DNA of 64,000 nucleotides from Candidatus Latescibacterota bacterium (GTDB lineage Bacteria; Latescibacterota; UBA2968; UBA8231): NCBI GenBank assembly GCA_965200315.1, contig OZ241362.1, positions 2,208,001 to 2,272,000 of the forward strand, read 5' to 3'. Shown piece by piece: positions 56,691 to 64,000 of this stretch (position 1 is its first letter; each line of letters starts with the position of its first letter). The notes under the pieces were generated by a model. It saw only the letters and a program-made list of their open reading frames with translations, ran no database searches and was not told where the DNA came from. The position numbers and the translations under genes were made by a program.

Positions 56691-57617
56691 TCAGTTGCTC
56701 GAAAACTCGACCAACTGCCCGCCGCACTCGTCTTTCATTTTTTCCAGCGCCCTGTTCCGCAACTGCCGTACGCGCTCGCGGGTGACGCCCATAGACTCGC
56801 CGATCTCCTCCAAGGTCTTGGGCGCGCTGTCGTCGAGGCCAAAATAAGCGCGGACGATGTGGGATTCGCGGGCGTCGAGCACCTTCATACAATCGACCAC
56901 CGCCGCGCGCATTTCGCCCTCGACGAAGCGCTCGTGCGAGCTGGGCTCGGCCGAGACAAAGGTCTGTGCATACGTCATCTCGCTGTCGGCAAAAGCAGGA
57001 GCGTCCAAGGGCATATCCGGCTGCCCCAGCTCAAAGGCGTTGCGAATGCGTTCCGCCGAGAAATCGACGCAGGCGGCGATTTCCTCAATAGTGGGAGCGC
57101 GCCCCAGCTCTTGAGCGAGGACATCGGCCTCCTTTTCGACCTTCTGCCGGTCGCTGACCCGGCTCAGCGGCGGGCGGGCAATTTTGCCGTGCTCGGCTAA
57201 GGCGCGGAGGATGGCTTGGCGAATCCACCACACCGCATAGGTGATGAACTTAAAACCGCGCGTCTCATCGAAGCGCCGGACCGCCTCCAGCAGCCCGAGA
57301 TTGCCCTCGGAAATCAGCTCGATCAACGAGAGACCAGACTCGTGGTACTCGCGGGCGACGCGGACCACGAAGCGCAAATTGGCCCGCACCAACGCCTGAC
57401 GCGCCTCTTCGTCGCCTGCTTTGGCGCGTTTGAAGAGGGCAATTTCTTCCTCGCGACTGAGCGGCTCGGCGTCTTTTATGTCGCGCCAGTAGAGATCGGT
57501 CGCCGAGTACATTGTTTCTCTGTTTTGTGCCTTCATTTTAGTCCTCAACACTTTCAGATGGAAAACTTTTACGTTCACGTTAAGGTTTAACATAGAACAC
57601 CAAGTGAACATGCGCAA
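56691..57617 (-). CDS. RNA polymerase sigma70 factor, RpoD/RpoS-like without region 1.1 (true start probably 57535 or 57511)
   Basis: ANLRFVV, LISEGNLGL, FITYAVWWIRQAI, TLEEIG...VTRERVRQ. Confidence 0.92.
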   Translation of the reverse strand: MRMFTWCSMLNLNVNVKVFHLKVLRTKMKAQNRETMYSATDLYWRDIKDAEPLSREEEIALFKRAKAGDEEARQALVRANLRFVVRVAREYHESGLSLIELISEGNLGLLEAVRRFDETRGFKFITYAVWWIRQAILRALAEHGKIARPPLSRVSDRQKVEKEADVLAQELGRAPTIEEIAACVDFSAERIRNAFELGQPDMPLDAPAFADSEMTYAQTFVSAEPSSHERFVEGEMRAAVVDCMKVLDARESHIVRAYFGLDDSAPKTLEEIGESMGVTRERVRQLRNRALEKMKDECGGQLVEFSSN

Positions 57618-57652
57618 ATACTATCTTTCAACGCACCAATCAGGCCAAACGT

Positions 57653-58075
57653 TCAATCCAAAGGCATTTGGCGACTCTTCTTTTTCTCGGAATGACGCCG
57701 CTTGCCGTCGAGGCGACGCGCTTGGGCAGCGCGGCTGGGCTTGGTTTTTTTGCGTTTGGGCTGCGTCTTGAGCGCCTCGGCAAGCAGGGTGGCCAGCTTA
57801 TTGAGGCAGTCGACGCGATTGCGCCTCTGTGTGCGAAATCGCTCCGATTGGATCGACAGCGCACCCGTGCTGTTCAGGCGCGTGGCGAGCTTCTCGGCAA
57901 TCCGCTGGCGCTGCTCGTCGCTGAGCACTGCACTGTGGACAAAGTCAAACTGTAACTCGACGGAGGTATTGAGCTTGTTGACGTTTTGTCCCCCCGGCCC
58001 AGAACTGCGGTGGAACTTGAATCGCAGTTCGGAAAGCGGGATGGAGAGCGAGGGTGAGACGTACAGGGTTTCCAT
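57653..58075 (-). CDS. arfB: Alternative ribosome rescue factor B
   Basis: RSSGPGGQNVNK, R.Q..N, basic tail KTKPS...RRL..K...S.KK..R. Confidence 0.93.
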   Translation of the reverse strand: METLYVSPSLSIPLSELRFKFHRSSGPGGQNVNKLNTSVELQFDFVHSAVLSDEQRQRIAEKLATRLNSTGALSIQSERFRTQRRNRVDCLNKLATLLAEALKTQPKRKKTKPSRAAQARRLDGKRRHSEKKKSRQMPLD

Positions 58076-58211
58076 AACTGATGGTCGCTTTTCAGCCTGC
58101 TGGCTTGGGTGGTACGGCCTGCCGACTTGAAGATAACCTAATACCTATTCTTTATTATGTCTCATAGTACACCTGCTATCCTATCACGTTTTCGCCAAGG
58201 AGATATCCTCT

Positions 58212-59378
58212 ATGAAACGCTATACCGCGGCAATCGTCGGCTGTGGTTCCATCGGCAACGCCCACATGGAAGGCTACAATCTCGTGGACGAGGTCGAAGT
58301 GGTCGCCGTGGCCGATCCGGTTCCCATGGCCCGCAAAACCTACGTGGACGCATACGGCATCCCGCAGGAGTTTGAGACGGTCGAAGAGATGATGGAAAAG
58401 GCCCGGCCCGACATCGTCAGCGTCTGTACTTGGCACCTTTTGCATCCGGCACCCACCATTGCCGCAGCCACAGGCGGCGCCCGCGCCGTCATCTGCGAAA
58501 AACCCATGGCCATCGGCATGGCCGCGGCCGACTCCATGGTCAATGCCTGCGAGGCACACAACACCCAGCTAGTCATTAGCCATCAGCGCCGCTTCACCCC
58601 GGGCTGGGAAAAAGCCAAAGCGCTAGTCGAAGAGGGCGCGATTGGCGAGCCGATCTTTGTCACCAACAAGGTCGCCGACGGGCTGACCAATTGGGGTACG
58701 CATTCCATTGACGGCTCGCGCTTCGTGCTCGGCGACCCCCGCGCTCAATGGGTCATGGGCGGAGTCGAGCGCCGCACTGACCGCTACGAGCGCGACACCA
58801 TGATCGAAGACGCCTGTATGGGCTTGGTCCACTTCGCCGGCGATCTCCAGCTTTTCATTCAGTCCGACCTCATGCGCGAGGGGGCTGGTGCCGGTTGCTT
58901 TGAAATCCGCGGTAGCGAAGGGCTCTTATCGGTCAGCGAGACCCGGCTCCAGCTTATGAATGCCTCTTCTGGCGGCTGGCGGAAAGTCGATCTCGCGCTC
59001 ACCGAAGACACCAAGGCCATTGGGGGCAACACCAATGCCGCCCAAGTCCGCGAGCTCATCGCTTGTCTCGAAGGGCACAAGGACGAGCACCGCAACGCGG
59101 GTACCACGGCTCGCGACACCGTGGAAATTATGATGGCCCTCTACGAATCGGCGCGCCGCAACCGCGTGATCCACTTGCCGCTACAGGAAAAGAGCTATCC
59201 CCTCCAGCTCATGGTCGAGGAAGGTGGCCTGCCCCTAGAAGTCGAGGGGCACTACGACATTCGCGGCTTTCTCAAGCGCGAGGGCATTGACGAGGTTAAG
59301 TACAAAAAGCTCTGGGACGAGGGCATGGGGCACCACCAAATCATGCGCCAGCTCCACGACGAAATGGATGCGCATTAA
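58212..59378 (+). CDS. Gfo/Idh/MocA oxidoreductase
   Basis: VGCGSIG..H, CEKPMA, HQRRF, THSID. Confidence 0.9.
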   Translation: MKRYTAAIVGCGSIGNAHMEGYNLVDEVEVVAVADPVPMARKTYVDAYGIPQEFETVEEMMEKARPDIVSVCTWHLLHPAPTIAAATGGARAVICEKPMAIGMAAADSMVNACEAHNTQLVISHQRRFTPGWEKAKALVEEGAIGEPIFVTNKVADGLTNWGTHSIDGSRFVLGDPRAQWVMGGVERRTDRYERDTMIEDACMGLVHFAGDLQLFIQSDLMREGAGAGCFEIRGSEGLLSVSETRLQLMNASSGGWRKVDLALTEDTKAIGGNTNAAQVRELIACLEGHKDEHRNAGTTARDTVEIMMALYESARRNRVIHLPLQEKSYPLQLMVEEGGLPLEVEGHYDIRGFLKREGIDEVKYKKLWDEGMGHHQIMRQLHDEMDAH

Positions 59379-59404
59379 CGCGGAAGCCGGGCCGGAGCAA
59401 CATA

Positions 59405-59433
59405 TTGACATTCCCCGGTCCCTCCTGTACTTT
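59405..59433 (+). promoter_or_regulatory. Sigma70-type promoter upstream of rpsR
   Basis: TTGACA-17 nt-TACTTT. Confidence 0.6.
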
Positions 59434-59490
59434 TTGTCCTTTTAATTTGTGTGCCCGCCCAAGCGGCGGACCTTAAAAAGGAGCGTCGTC

Positions 59491-59718
59491 ATCGCCAAGT
59501 TTCGCAGCTCGCGCCGAGAGGCCGTAGCCAAACTCAAGTCCGAAGACATCGACTACAAGCGCCTCGATGTCCTAGTCAAGTTTATCACGCCGACCGGCAA
59601 GATCGAATCGGCCCGGCGCACCGGTGCCACGCGCAAGCAGCAGACGCGCGTCGTCCGCGCCATCAAGCGCGCCCGCTTTTTGGCCCTCGTCCCCCACACT
59701 ATCGACGACACTCGTTGA
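59491..59718 (+). CDS. rpsR: 30S ribosomal protein S18 (no Zn-binding Cys); probable non-canonical ATC start
   Basis: IDYK...L.KFI...GKI...RRTG...KQQ.RV.RAIKRARFLAL.P. SD AAGGAG 7 nt before ATC 59491. Confidence 0.9.
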   Translation: MAKFRSSRREAVAKLKSEDIDYKRLDVLVKFITPTGKIESARRTGATRKQQTRVVRAIKRARFLALVPHTIDDTR

Positions 59719-59736
59719 CCAAGCCTAGCGCACCCA

Positions 59737-60186
59737 ATGGCTGCCCTAGGGCTGATTGAGACTCGGGGTCTCGTCGGCGTCATCGAAGCAGCCGACGCAG
59801 CCGTAAAATCCGCTCCGGTCGAGCTCCTCGGCATCAAGCCCATCGGCGGCGGGCTGGTTTCAACACACTTTAGAGGGGAGGTTGCCGCCGTCCAAGTGGC
59901 GGTGCAAGCCGGCGTCGAAGCCGCGCTCAAGGTCGGCCAAGTGATTAGCCATCGCGTCATTCCCGCCCCCCATTTAGACGTAGAAAACCTGCTCCTAAAC
60001 CAACCCCAAGCAGCTCCCCCGCCAGCGCAGCCACCTCCCGACGAGCTAGAGGGCTTGCCAGTCGCCCGCCTGCGCCAACTCGTGCGCCAGCTACCCGACG
60101 CTCAGCTCAAGGGCCGCCAAGTTTCGCGGGCCAACAAAGAAACGCTCCTCCGCGAACTGCGCCGCGCCTCGGCACCAGACACTTAA
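59737..60186 (+). CDS. BMC shell (EutM/CcmK-like) protein with C-terminal helical extension
   Basis: ALGLIETRG...IEAADAAVKSA.V...GGG....FRGEVAAV..AV.AG...VIPAPH, then a Pro-rich linker and a basic helical domain. Confidence 0.88.
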   Translation: MAALGLIETRGLVGVIEAADAAVKSAPVELLGIKPIGGGLVSTHFRGEVAAVQVAVQAGVEAALKVGQVISHRVIPAPHLDVENLLLNQPQAAPPPAQPPPDELEGLPVARLRQLVRQLPDAQLKGRQVSRANKETLLRELRRASAPDT

Positions 60187-60202
60187 ACCATGCGAGGCCT
60201 CA

Positions 60203-60526
60203 GTGGACAACTTATGGAACAATTTTGTGAAAGGGTTGCAAGAAGGCGCGGCCACCGCCGCTGACAAAGCCGGCGACCTGACTCGTCTAGCGCGTGCCCG
60301 GCTCGATATCGCCGCTGCCAAAAACCAACTTCACCGCACCCAAGCGGATCTGGGAGCGCGGGTCCACCAGCTTCTCGAAGCCGGTGCCGACCCCGTGCCC
60401 GACGATCAAGTACAAGCGCTGAACCAACAGATCAAAGAGCAGAGTGCTGCGCTCGCCGATTGCGAGGCGGCCTATGAAGCACTGCAGAGCGCAGTGCGTG
60501 CGGAAGAGCGCAACGCCGATCAGTAG
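60203..60526 (+). CDS. Small coiled-coil hypothetical protein
   Basis: GTG start after GAGG; host-like codon usage. Confidence 0.65.
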   Translation: MDNLWNNFVKGLQEGAATAADKAGDLTRLARARLDIAAAKNQLHRTQADLGARVHQLLEAGADPVPDDQVQALNQQIKEQSAALADCEAAYEALQSAVRAEERNADQ

Positions 60527-61641
60527 CCTAACGACAGCAGCGTCTGTGGGGATTCGGGCGGTGCGGTGGCCTTGCTTTCGCGCTGGTAGGCTTGTGGTTT
60601 TTCGCTGTACTGAGCCACCAGCGTCATGCCGTCGGCTTCGCCGACAATTTCCGTAACTTCGTTTAGCAACAAGTCTTGTTCCTGAGCCGTCATTACCGGA
60701 AATCCATAACGGCGGTTCGCGTATTTCAACGGGCCGTTCTCTGCCGTGCGCACAGCGGCCCACTCTTCGTGCCGAGCCAGCCGAGCGCGGTTGTACTCAT
60801 TGGCGGCAGGAGGCGTGGAGCGCAGCAGGTTTTGCGCGACCGGCACCAACGTCTCGTCAATCTCCAAGCCGACCGAGTTTCTCCCTGCTGTTAGGGCGGC
60901 TGCCAGTGTCGTTCCAGTCCCGGCAAACGGATCGAGCACCACGTCTTCTTTGACGGAAAACATGCAGACGAGCCGGTAGGCTAGCTCGAAAGGAAAGGCC
61001 GCGCTGCGCTCGCGAGTAGGCGCATCGCCAAGCCCTTGCGAAGTTCCCTTTACGTCGAACCACACGTCTGAGAACCAGACGTTGCGCTCCTCCCAGAAGA
61101 AGGCACTCTCTCGGCGCTTGGCTTTCTCTGCGGTCGTTGTGAATGTTCGCCGCCGCCCTTTTCTAAGCACGAGAATGTACTCGTGCTCGTAGGTTACATA
61201 CGCTCCTACGGGCAGCATCCCAGACCCCATAAATTTGTTGGGTGCGTTAGTCTGTTTGCGCCACAGTATATCGGGCAACGCCGCAAAACCTTGGCCGAGG
61301 AAGCTGCTGAGTATGCGGGAGTGATTGGAGTAGAGTTGGAAATCGCCATCCATAGTTCGGGTGGCATCGCCGATATTAACGCAAGCAATCGCCCCCGGCT
61401 TCATGACGCGGCTGCATTCCATCCACACGGCATCAAGCAGCTCGTGCATGAGCGCGAAAGCGGCTCGTCCATTGCCGCCCGACAGTTGCTCCCCAATGCG
61501 ACCATCTTGGCACACGAAAATCTCATCCCACATTTCCACCATCGGATAGGGCGGCGAGGTGACTATCAGATCAACCGACTCATCCTCGATCCCCGCCATG
61601 GACTGGGCCGGGCCGCATATCAGCTTGGCGGTGGTTTGCAT
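60520..61641 (-). CDS. Beta-class N4-cytosine DNA methyltransferase
   Basis: VTSPPY, A.FP.EL..RL, VLDPFAGTGTT. Confidence 0.9.
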   Translation of the reverse strand: MQTTAKLICGPAQSMAGIEDESVDLIVTSPPYPMVEMWDEIFVCQDGRIGEQLSGGNGRAAFALMHELLDAVWMECSRVMKPGAIACVNIGDATRTMDGDFQLYSNHSRILSSFLGQGFAALPDILWRKQTNAPNKFMGSGMLPVGAYVTYEHEYILVLRKGRRRTFTTTAEKAKRRESAFFWEERNVWFSDVWFDVKGTSQGLGDAPTRERSAAFPFELAYRLVCMFSVKEDVVLDPFAGTGTTLAAALTAGRNSVGLEIDETLVPVAQNLLRSTPPAANEYNRARLARHEEWAAVRTAENGPLKYANRRYGFPVMTAQEQDLLLNEVTEIVGEADGMTLVAQYSEKPQAYQRESKATAPPESPQTLLSLGY

Positions 61642-61680
61642 GGATGCTGCAATTTCTGTGAAAACTCGACTGCCGCGCCG

Positions 61681-62595
61681 TTACAAATCTTTGGCAAAGT
61701 AATTCTCGTCCAGTTTTTTCACATCATATATGATTTCGGAGACCACGCCAACGCCGTGATTTATCATCAGACGGGCAAGTTCCTCTCCGTCTATCAACCG
61801 GATAAACTTGTTGCCTGCCGAGATAAAACGCGCCGTTTCACGCGCCTTTGGGACAAAGGACGAAGACGTGATAAACACGCCCTTACTTGCCCCTCTCGCT
61901 TCAAGGCTGCCGGAGAAATTGCGGATTTCGGGTGCTCCAACTTGGCTTTCCCAGCGTTTCGCCTGGATGTACACCTTTTCGAGTCCCAAGGCATCCTGAT
62001 TGATGATCCCGTCTATGCCGCCATCGCCGCTGCCCCCAATGGCTTGACCTTGGCCATAGCCCATTTTCTCAAGCAAACTGACTACCAATCGTTCAAAATC
62101 GGCGGGCGATACACTTTTCACCCGCTCCAATAGATCGTCGGCAAGTCTGTCACTCAATTCCCGATAAAGTACCGCAATTTGCTCATCGGGCGTACTATCC
62201 TCAGAGTCAGTGCCGACGTCATCATTGGCAGCGGTGTCCGGTGCGTCAGCATCGCCTCCGCCCCGTCGCACTGCATCTAGGTCGTTCCATCGCAATGAAA
62301 GAAGATCATTCGCGCCCGTTGCGAGCAGTTCTTTTCCCTCCTGAGTGATTTGGACGTGCCCACGCGAAGGAGAACGCAAAAAGCCGCCTTTTTTTAGATA
62401 AGCCAACACCCACTCTATGCGATTATCGAGCTTCGTTCGTCCACCCGATATCTTTTCCCGTGCCTCGGCCTCAGTCAATGGGAAACGTTCTTTCGTTGAC
62501 TCCTTGATAGATTTGTTGGAAATGGCCTCTCCGTTTGCGTCATTCGCTATTTCAAGAACCGGCTTACGCAGGTATTTTTGACTTGGAATAGCCAT
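61681..62595 (-). CDS. mrr: Mrr-family methylation-dependent restriction endonuclease
   Basis: N-terminal wHTH (NRIEW...YL.K.G). FERLV..LL..MGYG, GDGGIDGII.QD.LG....YIQAKRW, KGVFIT, LIDGEELA.LM. Confidence 0.93.
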   Translation of the reverse strand: MAIPSQKYLRKPVLEIANDANGEAISNKSIKESTKERFPLTEAEAREKISGGRTKLDNRIEWVLAYLKKGGFLRSPSRGHVQITQEGKELLATGANDLLSLRWNDLDAVRRGGGDADAPDTAANDDVGTDSEDSTPDEQIAVLYRELSDRLADDLLERVKSVSPADFERLVVSLLEKMGYGQGQAIGGSGDGGIDGIINQDALGLEKVYIQAKRWESQVGAPEIRNFSGSLEARGASKGVFITSSSFVPKARETARFISAGNKFIRLIDGEELARLMINHGVGVVSEIIYDVKKLDENYFAKDL

Positions 62596-62768
62596 AGTTT
62601 TGAATAATCTCCCTTTCAGCTTAGGCCGGTACATCGTGCTTTCTATGAAATCATAGAATCACTTCAGACCGCTGCGACCTAGTAGTTTGTCTCATACAAC
62701 TCGCCGCCGTTGATTGCGGCTGCTCAATGCCGTATCCTTTCGAGTAGCACCCCTCAAGGAGGACAACC

Positions 62769-63608
62769 ATGGCCACACCCCGCATCGACAACCGCGATTG
62801 GTCGGCCCTCACCACCGGCCAACGCATCCGCCAACTCGAAATCGAAGGCTACCTCGTCTTGCCCGACCTGCTCGACGCCGACCACATCGCCCGCCTCAAA
62901 GCCATCACCGCTACCTTTGAGACCACAGCCGTCGATTACAGCGAACGCCAGCGCGGCCGCAGCAACATCCAATTCGACGGCGGCGAAATAACCGCCCTGC
63001 TCGGCCACCCGCCGACACTCGCGTTCCTCCGCGCACTTTTGGGCGACGAAGTGATCTTCATGCACTACGGCTATGCGCGCTCCGAACCCGGCCATCCCGG
63101 CATCAGCCTGCACGCCGATGGCCAACCCTACGGCTCCAAAATTTTCGGCTTTGAAGGCTCGTGCCCGGTGTTGATACGCGTACTCTACTATCTCGACGAC
63201 CTCATACCCGAAGTTTCGCCTTTCCGCGTGGTGCCGCGCTCGCACCTATGCCTACACGCCCACGCCAACCCCTATACGCGCTACAAATCCCACCCCGAAG
63301 AAGTCATGGTGCCCTGCAAGGCCGGTTCGGCCGTGCTCATTCACCACCGCGTCTTCCACGGCAACTTTCCCAACGTCGGTGCCTACCCGCGCGAAATGCT
63401 GGCTATCGCCTACCGACCCGCTTGGGCCGGGCCAGTTGACGAAATCAGCCCGTGGGACAAGGAAGACCTCCAGACCTTGCCCGAGGAAATCCGCCCGCTG
63501 TTTGCCGACCGCAACACGCGCCACTGGGACTACCACGGCGGCAACAAGCCCCCGAACATGACCTCCGAGGCTCCCGGCATGGATCCCAGCCGTTGGGAGC
63601 GCGTCTGA
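62769..63608 (+). CDS. Phytanoyl-CoA dioxygenase (PhyH) family enzyme
   Basis: EGYLVLP, LHADG, VVPRSH, AGS......VFH; SD AAGGAGG. Confidence 0.85.
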   Translation: MATPRIDNRDWSALTTGQRIRQLEIEGYLVLPDLLDADHIARLKAITATFETTAVDYSERQRGRSNIQFDGGEITALLGHPPTLAFLRALLGDEVIFMHYGYARSEPGHPGISLHADGQPYGSKIFGFEGSCPVLIRVLYYLDDLIPEVSPFRVVPRSHLCLHAHANPYTRYKSHPEEVMVPCKAGSAVLIHHRVFHGNFPNVGAYPREMLAIAYRPAWAGPVDEISPWDKEDLQTLPEEIRPLFADRNTRHWDYHGGNKPPNMTSEAPGMDPSRWERV

Positions 63609-63611
63609 CGC

Positions 63612-64000
63612 TTACCGAGTGAACACCGTTCCCCGCACGTAAGACCCTTCCTCGGAAGCCAAAAACGCCAGCACGCGCGCTATCCCCATCGGGTCTCCCA
63701 GCACGGCGTTCCGCTTTGCTTCCTCTGGATCGCGGCCTGCGGCTTCTGCCCCCTGCGCTATATTTTTCAGTTTCAGCGGCGTTGCAATCCCCCCGGGACA
63801 AATCACGTGCAAGCGCACCCCCTTAGGCCCTAATTCGCCTTCAAGCTTGTAGTGCAACCCGTGCTGCCCAGCCTTGCTCGCGGCATAAGCATAGGACGAG
63901 GACCCGCCCCGTACACCCGCTCCCGAGGCGATGATCAGCAGCACGGATTGGCCGGCTGCCGCCAAGAGCGGCGTCGCGTATTTGGCCGAGAGAAAGGTGC
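63612..64000 (-). CDS. SDR-family oxidoreductase, 5'-truncated by the window edge
   Basis: IAS, YAASK, ICPG.IAT, FLAS...SYV.G. Confidence 0.85.
   Translation of the reverse strand, partial: TFLSAKYATPLLAAAGQSVLLIIASGAGVRGGSSSYAYAASKAGQHGLHYKLEGELGPKGVRLHVICPGGIATPLKLKNIAQGAEAAGRDPEEAKRNAVLGDPMGIARVLAFLASEEGSYVRGTVFTR

Noticed and set aside
62660-62690. A third 3'-end duplication scar beside the Mrr/MTase block
   Set aside because: Similarity to the end of 60203..60526 is weak and not in frame.
1-64000. tRNA, rRNA, integrase or transposase genes
   Set aside because: None recognised by eye; a covariance-model and HMM scan would be needed to exclude them.

Overview
GC-rich bacterial chromosome segment. 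The gene content (FlgD-Ig-tailed secreted proteins, a DUF6785-type membrane protein, CRTAC1/FG-GAP and TPR proteins, PhyH dioxygenases, a TWGxIK C-terminus) suggests a Ca. Latescibacterota/FCB-like diderm; this is inference. Core genes are gltX, a DEAD-box helicase, parE/parC-like topoisomerase, rpe-like epimerase, oligoendopeptidase F, a sigma70 factor, arfB and rpsR. Visibly AT-richer accessory blocks interrupt them. (1) At 27.9-39.4 kb is an apparently complete azole-forming RiPP (TOMM/LAP) cluster: E1-like scaffold, two SagB-like proteins (one degenerate), YcaO, CPBP protease, ABC exporter fused to a TPR domain, TonB receptor and TPR protein. It has two tandem Cys/His-rich precursors: MKLKVVSNSFDGYMSPAKLAAPCCCCHCHCTITISF, and MKLKVVSKSFDGYMSPAFIRASCCTCCHCHCPSPICL, which the ORF track misses. 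A sigma54-type promoter lies upstream. (2) At 49.8-55.5 kb is a four-gene candidate defence operon: tandem-S1 protein, two small helical proteins and an Upf1-like helicase with a hydrophobic N-terminus. (3) An R-M cassette with a broken nuclease follows parC. (4) A small island carries a VNTR coiled-coil gene, a GIY-YIG-like gene and a decayed DUF4160/DUF2442 pair. (5) An Mrr plus N4-methyltransferase pair. Islands 2 and 3 are each followed by a synonymously diverged copy of the 3' end of the upstream host gene, which points to integrase-independent acquisition. All family assignments are from motif recognition by eye; no searches were run.
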